This document shows, one piece after another, positions 1-8,019 of a stretch of 32,000 nt of DNA. The position numbers were made by a program, and so were the translations under genes. The stretch is from Pirellula staleyi DSM 6068. Lineage in GTDB: Bacteria > Planctomycetota > Planctomycetia > Pirellulales > Pirellulaceae. The notes beneath the pieces are model-generated. The model was not told the origin of the DNA and ran no database searches. It saw only the letters and a program-made list of their open reading frames with translations. The stretch is taken from contig CP001848.1 of the NCBI GenBank assembly GCA_000025185.1, positions 4,740,001 through 4,772,000 on the forward strand, given 5' to 3'. Position 1 is the stretch's first letter, and every line of letters begins with the position of its first letter.

Positions 1-857
1 AATCGACAGTTCGGCTCACGTCGCGAACGACAAGCGATAATCGCGCGCTCGTGGAATCGCAGCTCGGTCTTTCCACCATCACCGATACCACCACCTCGAC
101 TAGTTCGCCGGTGTCGCTCCCCTCGAGCGTGTCGACCTATCGCCTCTATGCCGGCGGCAAGAGCTACACCATCCCGACGATTCAATCCCTCTACGGCAGC
201 ACCATCTCGGGACGAACACTCGAAGCCGATGTCGCCACCAATCCCCTCGGCGTGTTTCGGAGCAGTGGCTACCTCGGCCTCTCGAACAATGTCACGATTC
301 GTGGGACCGTGATCTCCACCGGCACGAGCGACGACCTGGCCATTGTTGGGACGAACGTGGAGCTTGCGCCGCCGAAATTGCCTCGGCTTGAAAACGACAC
401 CAGCGACCGCAAGCTAGCAGCGGCTCTGGTTCGCGATGACCTGGTGATCTACAGCGGCAGTCAGTCGACCGTGCGTGGGCTGGCAATGGTGTGGGACGAT
501 TTTGATTTGAAAGGGGCCAACTCGACCTCGCGATTCCAGCTCGAGGGACATCTGGCCGCCTCGACCGTCCAGTTTGGAGGGCGCGCCGATTGGCTCTTGA
601 GTAGCACCTTGTGGTCGATCTACCAAACACTCTTCAATCTGCAAAACACGTCCCCACCTGGTCCTACGACGATCCCCTATTTCCCCGCTTATCTGGAAGC
701 TGCCATCGGAATGACGGTAGAACCGACCTTGACCGTCGAGCCAAATTCCGATGGAGTACTCGATCATTGGCACGATTTTTCGCAGCCGCTTTTCGTACCA
801 GCATCGGGCGATAGTGGTCTGCTTTGGAACTTGGTGCGAATCGAAGACGGTCGCTAA
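1..857 (+). CDS. 3' part of a larger ORF open to the left window edge; hypothetical secreted, possibly beta-helix-like protein at the head of the pilus/secretion cluster
   Basis: Frame 3 has no stop between nt 3 and the TAA at 855-857, so the GTG at 51 in the ORF track is probably internal. A Thr/Ser-rich stretch is followed by repeated short-strand patterns (NVTIRGTVISTG, DLAIVGTNVEL, DDLVIYSGSQSTVRGLAMV). No family recognised by eye. Confidence 0.55.
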   Translation, partial: STVRLTSRTTSDNRALVESQLGLSTITDTTTSTSSPVSLPSSVSTYRLYAGGKSYTIPTIQSLYGSTISGRTLEADVATNPLGVFRSSGYLGLSNNVTIRGTVISTGTSDDLAIVGTNVELAPPKLPRLENDTSDRKLAAALVRDDLVIYSGSQSTVRGLAMVWDDFDLKGANSTSRFQLEGHLAASTVQFGGRADWLLSSTLWSIYQTLFNLQNTSPPGPTTIPYFPAYLEAAIGMTVEPTLTVEPNSDGVLDHWHDFSQPLFVPASGDSGLLWNLVRIEDGR

Positions 858-912
858 CGTATCGATCGTAGGGATTGCACCCGCGAACACCCCGCCCCCG
901 AGGAATAAAACC

Positions 913-1164
913 ATGCTGCGTCAACCTTCTCTCGCGTCAACCGGCTGGACGATCACGGCGCTTTCGCTGATTTGCGTGCTAGGTTTCTACAGCCTGGGAA
1001 CTGCCGCCCCCGCAGGAGGACAACCTCCGTTTGCGAATTCGGTGGAGCAGCGGGCCGAAATGGTGACCGAACTGCGCGAGATCAAAGAACTCCTGAAGGA
1101 GCAAAATGCGATCTTGCGACAGATGAGTAAAACCGATGCGAGCGCCAAGCCTGCAGCACGATAA
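913..1164 (+). CDS. small (83 aa) signal-anchored protein with a charged helical C-terminal half; hypothetical
   Basis: ATG 913 is preceded by AGGAA (901-905). It has an N-terminal hydrophobic segment (WTITALSLICVLGFYSLGTAAPAGG), then VEQRAEMVTELREIKELLKEQNAILRQM. The longer 751-start ORF in the track overlaps the upstream gene and is not needed. No family recognised. Confidence 0.45.
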   Translation: MLRQPSLASTGWTITALSLICVLGFYSLGTAAPAGGQPPFANSVEQRAEMVTELREIKELLKEQNAILRQMSKTDASAKPAAR

Positions 1165-1786
1165 GCCTTGTTCACTGCTGTTTCGCAGTGCACCCGCTCG
1201 TGCGCGCGGCATCTCGCTCATCGAAGTGCTGCTGGTTCTGGCCATTTTGGGAGTCGCCGCCGGACTTCTGATTCCCAATCTCTCGGCCGACATTCCCACG
1301 AAGCTAGAAGCCGCTGGAAATGTCGTGCAACTTGAGCTGGAGTATGCCCGCTCTCTCGCCGTCGCGCATGGAAGTAGCTACCGAGTTACGGCCAATGTCG
1401 TCAGCCAAACGCTAACGCTCGAACATAGTGGCGCGAGCACGCTGCTCGAAGTGCTCCCCTCCACACCAATGCGCCGCAGCAGCGATCCACCCGATCAGCA
1501 GATCCTAGCGATTCGCGAGATTCCTTTGGGGCAACCTCGCCCTGAATTGCTGGGAGGTGTCTCCAGCGGCAACACGCCCGTGCTTGCTCCGTCGGTCGAA
1601 TTTACCTCCGTCGGCAGCACCACAGCAGCGAGTCCGACTACGTTTTGGATTGCTGCGGGAACCGGAGACGAGCGACGCTTTCTACCGATCACCGTACAGC
1701 CGATCACGGGACTTGTGGAAATGGGGGAGGTTGTCGCCGCACTTCCGTCCGCTATTGCCAATGCTCTCAGTGATGCCGAGCCTTAG
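1136..1786 (+). CDS. prepilin-type N-terminal cleavage/methylation domain protein; GspH/FimT-like minor pseudopilin
   Basis: Canonical prepilin motif ARARG|ISLIEVLLVLAILGVAAGLLIP with Glu at +5. It is followed by KLEAAGNVVQLELEYARSLAVAHGSSYRV, which resembles GspH/FimT-type pseudopilins. The start is uncertain: ATG 1136 gives a 25-aa leader and overlaps the upstream ORF by 29 nt. No ATG/GTG lies in frame between 1164 and the cleavage site (only CTG codons at 1175/1178). Confidence 0.8.
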   Translation: MRAPSLQHDKPCSLLFRSAPARARGISLIEVLLVLAILGVAAGLLIPNLSADIPTKLEAAGNVVQLELEYARSLAVAHGSSYRVTANVVSQTLTLEHSGASTLLEVLPSTPMRRSSDPPDQQILAIREIPLGQPRPELLGGVSSGNTPVLAPSVEFTSVGSTTAASPTTFWIAAGTGDERRFLPITVQPITGLVEMGEVVAALPSAIANALSDAEP

Positions 1787-1853
1787 TCGCCACACACAGA
1801 TTCCTTTAACACCCACTCCACCTGCCACTTCTGCACGATTCGAGCATACTGCC

Positions 1854-2939
1854 ATGATCAGCTGGCTTAATAACCGACGCTATGGACCGATCGGAATCGA
1901 TCTCGGGTCGCGTAGCGTAAAGCTCGTTCAGCTGTCGGCCGATCGCTCAAATCTGATCGATGCATCGCGATGGGATCTTCCCGCGCAGTCCACCGCTGAT
2001 AGCGCCAAAATGAGCCCCGAAGCGATTGCCAAGTCGCAAGCCGATTTGTATTCGCAAGCGATCGAGCAGGCCCTCATGGGGCGCGCCTTCAAAGGTCGCG
2101 AAGTGGTGATATGTCTCGGCGATAAGCAGCTTTCTTTACAAAGTGTTCGTGTCCCGCGCGATGAAGGGGCGCAGCTCGAGCGTTCAGTTCTCCAAGAGAC
2201 CGCCGGCCGACTCTCCTATCCGATTACGGAAGCAGAAGTTCGTTTCATCCCAGCGTCGGATGTGCGCCAGGGAGAGCAGACCCTTAAAGAAGTGATTGTC
2301 TTCGCGGTACAAAAAAAAGTGATCGACAATACGCTCGCAATGCTCGATGCACTGCGGCTCGAGCCGGTGGCGATCGATGTTGAGCCAGCAGCGCTCGCGC
2401 GTGCCTACAGCTCTCAGTTTCGACGCGAAGATGACCTGCTGCAGCGAGCACTCGTGGTGCACATCGGCTATTCCCGCTCTGCCGTCACGATTACCCAAGG
2501 GGCCGATCTCCTTTTTGTGAAATACATCGATATCGGCGGAAAAGACTTCGATAGTGCCATCGCGCGTCACTTGAAGATGCCACTGCCGGAAGCCCAGTCG
2601 CTACGAAAACTGAGTGGCGATCGACGTACCGACCAACAAGACCCCGCCGTGCAGCGAAGCATCAACGACGCGCTGCGCGGTGTGATCGACAAACTGGCTG
2701 GCGAACTCTCGATGTGCATCCGCTATCACAGCGTGACGTTTCGTGGGCATCCGATCGCGCGGCTGGTGCTCGGTGGTGGTGAAGCCAATCCTTCGCTCGT
2801 CGAGGCCCTCTCGCGTCAGATCGACCTCGCCTGCGAGCTGTGCGATCCGTTTCGCGGCATCGCTGGCAACTCTCAGCCACCTCGCAAATCGCAGTGGGAT
2901 ATTGCCACAGGTCTTGCGCTGCGTGAGGTGCAGCCATGA
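1854..2939 (+). CDS. pilM: type IV pilus assembly protein PilM (actin-like ATPase fold)
   Basis: ATG 1854. The N-terminus MISWLNNRRYGPIGIDLGSRSVKLVQL is the typical PilM start. Length is 361 aa, and the stop overlaps the next start (ATGA at 2936-2939). The 1557 start in the ORF track would overlap the pseudopilin gene by ~230 nt and encodes Arg/Pro-rich sequence. Confidence 0.85.
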   Translation: MISWLNNRRYGPIGIDLGSRSVKLVQLSADRSNLIDASRWDLPAQSTADSAKMSPEAIAKSQADLYSQAIEQALMGRAFKGREVVICLGDKQLSLQSVRVPRDEGAQLERSVLQETAGRLSYPITEAEVRFIPASDVRQGEQTLKEVIVFAVQKKVIDNTLAMLDALRLEPVAIDVEPAALARAYSSQFRREDDLLQRALVVHIGYSRSAVTITQGADLLFVKYIDIGGKDFDSAIARHLKMPLPEAQSLRKLSGDRRTDQQDPAVQRSINDALRGVIDKLAGELSMCIRYHSVTFRGHPIARLVLGGGEANPSLVEALSRQIDLACELCDPFRGIAGNSQPPRKSQWDIATGLALREVQP

Positions 2940-3715
2940 GCGTGACCATTGATTTTCTGCCACAAAAATATCGTCGCCAGCGCCAGATTCGTCAGGCTCG
3001 CACCTGGTGGATGCTGGTCATGGTGATGCTGGTGGCGGTCACCTGCAGTGCGTCCCTTGCTCAGTGGAATATTCGCCGCTGTGTCGAAAACGATATCGCG
3101 GCTGTCCTTCCGCAGCGCGAGCAAGTGATGGCCCAGGAAGCCCAGCTCGCTCAATTGCAGAAAGAGCTACAAGGCGCTCGCGAACTCGCGTCGCTCTACA
3201 CCTTTCTCGAACATCCCTGGCCACGCTCGAGCGTGCTCGCCGCTATCGCCGAGCCGATTCCCGACACGCTACGCATTCAAACGATCGCTTTTCGGAGCGA
3301 GTCGCGCCCCAAACTCGATGAAGAAGTGATTGCCCCACGATCGCGAAAAGAGAAGACGAAGGCCCCCAAAATTGCTGCCGCTCAGGCTGATCTTGCAAAA
3401 CTGCACGAGCATGCCTCGAGCCTCGACCACGTTGTGCATCTCTCCGGAGAAACGCAAGACATCGCGATGCTGCACCGCTTTGTCGATGAGCTCGCGCGAC
3501 ATCCGCTCATTCAATCGGCGTCGCTGAAATCTCTCGGGGCATCGGACTCGAGCAAGAGCGCCGATACGCTCGCCTCGTTCGATGTGGTCCTGCAACTTGC
3601 GCCCGCTTATGGCATGCCGGGGGGACCTCACGAATCACTCAAGCGTGACCGCGAAATGGCACTGCAATCGCTTGTGCCTGCGATCGCTCGTGCCGCTAGG
3701 AGTGCTGCCCGATGA
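2936..3715 (+). CDS. pilN: PilN-like bitopic pilus alignment protein
   Basis: The N-terminal IDFLPQKYRRQRQ resembles the conserved PilN INLLP-type motif. It is followed by one TM helix (WWMLVMVMLVAVTCSASL) and a coiled-coil region. ATGA start/stop overlaps at both ends (2936 and 3712) imply translational coupling with pilM and the next gene. Confidence 0.7.
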   Translation: MSVTIDFLPQKYRRQRQIRQARTWWMLVMVMLVAVTCSASLAQWNIRRCVENDIAAVLPQREQVMAQEAQLAQLQKELQGARELASLYTFLEHPWPRSSVLAAIAEPIPDTLRIQTIAFRSESRPKLDEEVIAPRSRKEKTKAPKIAAAQADLAKLHEHASSLDHVVHLSGETQDIAMLHRFVDELARHPLIQSASLKSLGASDSSKSADTLASFDVVLQLAPAYGMPGGPHESLKRDREMALQSLVPAIARAARSAAR

Positions 3716-4329
3716 ACGGTGATCTTGCCCCCCCCAAAGGACAGACCAAACCGTGGATGATTGCCGCTGTGCTCGGTGGCATCGTCGCGGCTTATCTGCT
3801 GCTGTGGTTTTTACCTCAGCAGCGCCAGATTCAGCAGCTTCGAGAAACACTCGCGGCCCATCAGCAGCATGTGCTGAAGCAAAAACAACTGAGCCAGCTG
3901 CTGGCCGAGACACAGGCAAAACTCGACGAGCATCGCGAGGTCACTTCGTCGTGGCAAGCCTCGGCGCCAACGCGCGATTCACTCGGCAAGCTGTTTGCAG
4001 AACTTTCGCGAGCTGCCGAGGCCACCGGTGTCAAATTCACACGCTTTGATCCGTCGCATCGCGAAACGCATCAGCTGCTCGAAGAGCACGATATCGTGCT
4101 AGCGTTTCAAGGAACGTTCGCAGCAGCCCATGACTTCGTTCACCGCGTGGAAAAGCTTCCCGAAACGGTTTGGGTACGTCAGCTGCAACTCTCGAGTGGC
4201 CCCCCGAGTGAGCCACTTCAAGGTGAGTTGACTTTGACGATTTTTGCGCATCGGGGCGTAAATTCCGATCAGGTTGACTTTAACGAACCGATAGAGAAGG
4301 AGGGGGAGGGCTCGCTGGCCGAACGCTAG
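3712..4329 (+). CDS. pilO: PilO/GspM-like bitopic pilus alignment protein
   Basis: Short cytoplasmic N-terminus, one TM helix (WMIAAVLGGIVAAYLLLWF), a Gln-rich coiled coil and a C-terminal alpha/beta-like domain ending LQGELTLTIF. The assignment rests on architecture and position after pilN, not on a diagnostic motif. Confidence 0.6.
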   Translation: MNGDLAPPKGQTKPWMIAAVLGGIVAAYLLLWFLPQQRQIQQLRETLAAHQQHVLKQKQLSQLLAETQAKLDEHREVTSSWQASAPTRDSLGKLFAELSRAAEATGVKFTRFDPSHRETHQLLEEHDIVLAFQGTFAAAHDFVHRVEKLPETVWVRQLQLSSGPPSEPLQGELTLTIFAHRGVNSDQVDFNEPIEKEGEGSLAER

Positions 4330-4350
4330 CAAGCTTTTCTCACACGAAAC

Positions 4351-5031
4351 GTGAAACTCGACAAGCTCAGCAAACAACTTCGTCGCGACCTCGCAGCGAA
4401 CCCCAAACGAGCCATCGTCCTCGGCCTGATGGTCGTGGTTGCACTCTACTTTTGGGCGCCGCTGGTGTGGGGCTGGATGAAGCCAACTTCCTCGGGCGGT
4501 AAATCGGCGGTTGCCAAAAGCACCTCCGAGCCCCTCGTGGAAGCCACCGCTGACGCCTCCGTCACCAAGAGCAAGAAGAAGTCGATTCGCTGGGAACTGC
4601 TGGCTGTGCAAATGGCTGGCGACCCCCGGATGAAACCGCTTCGAGCCAGCGTGATTCGCGATCCGTTTCAGTGGAAAGAACCACCCCCCAGCAATGTCTC
4701 CAGTGAAGCGACAGACGAACTTGCCCAGGCGAGTGTAAAGCCCCTAGCTCCCTCCGTGAAACCGACTGCGGAAAGTTTGGGACTCAAGCTCGAGAGTGTG
4801 CTGGTTAGTTCGCGCGGCAATGTGGCCATGATCAACGGCCGCGTGGCGCGCGAAGGCCAATCGATCAACATCAGTGCCAGCGATGCTTCGCAATTCGAAG
4901 CGGTCGTGATGCATGTCGATCGCGATCGTGTGGAACTTCGGCTCGCAGAGGAAACGATCACGCTCACACTTGCGGCTCCCAAACTAGCCAGTGGCGACGA
5001 ACTTCGCGCTCCGGTCAAAAGGGGAGAATAG
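4351..5031 (+). CDS. bitopic PilP/GspC-like secretin-linking protein (hypothetical)
   Basis: GTG 4351. Basic N-terminus, one TM helix (AIVLGLMVVVALYFWAPLVWGW), a disordered linker, then a C-terminal beta-type domain. That domain (LESVLVSSRGNVAMINGRVAREGQSI...VMHVDRDRVELR) is reminiscent of PilP / GspC HR domains. The gene sits between the pilO-like gene and the secretin. No lipobox. Confidence 0.5.
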   Translation: MKLDKLSKQLRRDLAANPKRAIVLGLMVVVALYFWAPLVWGWMKPTSSGGKSAVAKSTSEPLVEATADASVTKSKKKSIRWELLAVQMAGDPRMKPLRASVIRDPFQWKEPPPSNVSSEATDELAQASVKPLAPSVKPTAESLGLKLESVLVSSRGNVAMINGRVAREGQSINISASDASQFEAVVMHVDRDRVELRLAEETITLTLAAPKLASGDELRAPVKRGE

Positions 5032-5154
5032 CAGGTCGGCTGACTGGATCCGCTGAATCATTGCTAGTTAGTCAGGACGTCGACTACACCGTGGCTGCTT
5101 CCCGTCGCAGCTGGGGATGTCATCGTCAGTGAACCCGATGGTCAAGGAAGACCA

Positions 5155-7719
5155 ATGTCGACATTCATACGCACCACGCTGCTGCTCGCTTGCACCGCTA
5201 TCGGCTTGGCCATTGCCATCGCAGTCGCGGTCTCGTCACCATCGCACGACGCTGATAACGACGCCTCCGATGCATTCTTGCGCGATCAACATTCGCAGCT
5301 AGCCGAGCAGTCGCCTCGGGCAAATGCGCCGCAGCTCGTCGCCACGGCGCGCGTGCTCGATCTTCCCGAGCGTGAGCCGGTGGAAGTTCCTTACCGGCGC
5401 GAAGTGGCGCAGCAGCTCGATAGCCTCACGACCGCCATCGACGAAATTCGTCGCGATTCTCGCCAAGAACAACGGGAACTAAGCGCCGCACTTTTTCAGC
5501 TTGCCACGCGCATGCAGCAGCCCGCGCCGATCCCGCCGCTACCAGCGCCACCGACACCAATGCCCGCAGCACAAAACCCCTTTGCCGACGATAGCCCCGA
5601 TGCTGCCGAGCCTGCAGCGCCACCCGAAGTGCTGCCGACCCCCAACAGCTCGATCGAAACCGCCGCCGACGACTCGCTGCACATCAATGTGAAGGATAGC
5701 GATATTCGCGAAGTCCTCGAGCTCTTGAGTCAGCAGGGGGGGCTCAACATTCTGGCGAGCAAGAGTGTCACTGGCACTGTGACGGCAACCTTGAGCAACG
5801 TCGACCTCGAAACAGCTCTCGCAGCGATTCTGAAGAGCACTGGCTATGTGGCACGTCGCGAAGGAAACATTCTCTACATCGGTACACCCGATGACTTCAG
5901 CACGATGGACCAGACAGCCGATCGACTCATCACGCGTGTCTATCGCCCTAACTATGTCGCCGCCGCTGATGTGGAAAAACTCTTCACCTCGCTGCTGACT
6001 CCCGAAGTGGGGAAGGTCACCGTCTCGAGTCCCTCGGAAATCGATATTCCTGGCGATCAAGTGAAAACAGGCGGCAACGGCTTTGCCGGAGCCGATGTGG
6101 TGATCGTACGCGACTACGAAAATGTCATTAAACAGCTCGATCAAGTCTTCATCGAGATCGATGTGAAGCCACGTCAGGTCTTGATTGAAGCGATGATTTT
6201 GAGCGTCCGCCTGAGCGATAACATGACGATGGGGGTGAACTTCGAAGCGTTACGCGACAAGAACAACGTACGACTTGTCTCGGGTTCGCCACTGACAGAT
6301 CTCGCCAACATCGATCTGAGCGAAGGTGGGCTAAAACTAGGTTTTCTCGACGCCAGCTTGGCAGTTTTCATCGACGCACTCGAGACGGTCGGCGATACCA
6401 ACGTCATCGCCTCGCCCCGTCTGATGTGTCTCAATAAACAGCGTGCGGAAATCCAAATCGGTGAACAACTCGGCTACGTCAGCACCACCGTTACCGAAAA
6501 CAGTGCCACTCAGTCGGTCAACTTTCTCGACGTTGGAACGCTGCTACGACTACGTCCGAATATCGCCAACGACGGCCTGATCCGACTCGAAGTGCATCCG
6601 GAACTCTCGACCGGAACGGTGTCGATCGAGCAGGGACTTACCATTCCGAACAAAACCGTGACACAGGTCACCACCAACGTGATGTGCGCAGATGGTTGCA
6701 CCGTGATTCTGGGTGGTCTCATTCGCCAAGACCTGACAAACAACACCTCGCAGATTCCGTTCCTCGGAAGTCTTCCTCTGGTGGGACCTGCTTTCCGTCA
6801 GAAGACCGAAACGCAAGAGCGGACCGAAATCATTGTCCTACTGACGCCGCGGATCGTTAGCGAGCCGATGCTGGGAGAAGAGGGACGCAAGTATGGCAAC
6901 AGCTTCACGGAACATCAAAGTGTGTATGCCGACAAGATGAGTCCGTTTGGTAAGCGAAGCACTGGTCAGTATCACCTTCGCAAAGCACGCGCAGCGTATG
7001 CAGCAGGGGACTATCTCACCGCGCTGCATCAGGTGAACACCTCGATTCACTTTGATCCCCAAAATCGCGATGCCACCGACCTGCGCGTCGAAATTATTGC
7101 AGCTGGCGGTTTTGAGGATGAAAACATCACCGCTTATTTGAATCAGGGGATCACCCCGCTGACGCGCAATAAACACGACTACTCGCGCGAAGGATATCCG
7201 TGGAAAACAGAAGAAGGCTTTCCACCCGAACCACCACTCGGATATCTCGACGACCATGGAGAACCGGGGCCGATTCGAACGATCGATCCCCAGGCACCAG
7301 CGGCGCGTGAGGTGCATGAATCGTCGCGACGAACTCCACCTGCTAGTTCGATTCAGGGAAGTCGCGCGACTAGCTCGGCAACGAAACCAGCAAGCAAGCT
7401 CGCGCCAATTGTGAAGCCGCAACCAGCCGCTGCGCAAGCGAAAACTAGCGTCATCCCGACAGCCGCTGTGAAACCGCACTATGCCCCACCGGGCTACGCG
7501 ACCCCGGTGGTCAAGAGTCGGCCGATTCCGCCGAAAACACATCAGGATCAAGCAGTGCAGGGGGCCAGCTACAGCACCCCCGTTTCCGAGCGTTTGCAGT
7601 CGGGTCAGTCGCCACCAGCAGCGGCCGAGTCAGCAGCGAGCGCGGTGAAGGCAGGCCCCGGTTCGAGAAGCCCAGCCGCGCGAAGCATCACCGATTTCGA
7701 GATTCCCCTGGCTCGCTGA
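5155..7719 (+). CDS. pilQ: secretin (PilQ/GspD family) with Pro-rich N-terminal region and ~280-aa non-secretin C-terminal extension
   Basis: ATG 5155 with AAGGAAG 4 nt upstream and a hydrophobic signal/anchor TTLLLACTAIGLAIAIAVAV. N-domain: LHINVKDSDIREVLELLSQQGGLNILASKSVTGTVTATLSNVDLETALAAILKSTGY. Secretin core motifs: VKPRQVLIEAMILSV, TNVIASPRLMCLNKQRAEIQIGEQLGYV, IPFLGSLPLVGPAFR, TEIIVLLTPRIV. Confidence 0.9.
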   Translation: MSTFIRTTLLLACTAIGLAIAIAVAVSSPSHDADNDASDAFLRDQHSQLAEQSPRANAPQLVATARVLDLPEREPVEVPYRREVAQQLDSLTTAIDEIRRDSRQEQRELSAALFQLATRMQQPAPIPPLPAPPTPMPAAQNPFADDSPDAAEPAAPPEVLPTPNSSIETAADDSLHINVKDSDIREVLELLSQQGGLNILASKSVTGTVTATLSNVDLETALAAILKSTGYVARREGNILYIGTPDDFSTMDQTADRLITRVYRPNYVAAADVEKLFTSLLTPEVGKVTVSSPSEIDIPGDQVKTGGNGFAGADVVIVRDYENVIKQLDQVFIEIDVKPRQVLIEAMILSVRLSDNMTMGVNFEALRDKNNVRLVSGSPLTDLANIDLSEGGLKLGFLDASLAVFIDALETVGDTNVIASPRLMCLNKQRAEIQIGEQLGYVSTTVTENSATQSVNFLDVGTLLRLRPNIANDGLIRLEVHPELSTGTVSIEQGLTIPNKTVTQVTTNVMCADGCTVILGGLIRQDLTNNTSQIPFLGSLPLVGPAFRQKTETQERTEIIVLLTPRIVSEPMLGEEGRKYGNSFTEHQSVYADKMSPFGKRSTGQYHLRKARAAYAAGDYLTALHQVNTSIHFDPQNRDATDLRVEIIAAGGFEDENITAYLNQGITPLTRNKHDYSREGYPWKTEEGFPPEPPLGYLDDHGEPGPIRTIDPQAPAAREVHESSRRTPPASSIQGSRATSSATKPASKLAPIVKPQPAAAQAKTSVIPTAAVKPHYAPPGYATPVVKSRPIPPKTHQDQAVQGASYSTPVSERLQSGQSPPAAAESAASAVKAGPGSRSPAARSITDFEIPLAR

Positions 7720-7884
7720 GGCTCCATTCCGACGTAGTCTCTCTCCATGCAGAGCGGAATTCGTGCGGCGATCGTTGTAACGAACATGCACACGCTGCGT
7801 GTAGTACCAATAAAATCGGTCGTAACGATTCTCACGAAACCGCCAACAAACCCCTGAAAAACGAGGGGATTCTCGCGACTCTGC

Positions 7885-7913
7885 TTCCCAGCGGCACAGC
7901 CCCCGCCTGGGAA
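7885..7913 (+). terminator. candidate terminator hairpin downstream of the secretin gene
   Basis: TTCCCAGCGG-cacagccc-CCGC(C)TGGGAA forms a 10-bp stem with one bulged C and an 8-nt loop. It is followed by a pyrimidine/T-rich cttcttt and lies 166 nt after the secretin stop. Confidence 0.35.
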
Positions 7914-8019
7914 CTTCTTTGGACATCTTCGCACACTGACCTAGGTTTTCAGTGGACTCTTTCCCGGGCGTGCGCTTGTCGCCGCGCTCCTTCCCAGCGG
8001 AAGAAAGAGGAAGTTCCAC

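Noticed and set aside
1557-1853. N-terminal 99-aa extension of the PilM ORF in the six-frame track
   Set aside because: It overlaps the pseudopilin gene by ~230 nt and encodes Arg/Pro/Ser-rich sequence. The conserved PilM N-terminus begins exactly at ATG 1854.
5539-6144. 201-aa ORF antisense to the secretin gene (also 6838-7551, 237 aa)
   Set aside because: These are shadow ORFs typical of GC-rich DNA. They are fully contained in a gene with strong secretin motifs, and their composition is Arg/Gly/Cys-rich with no motifs.
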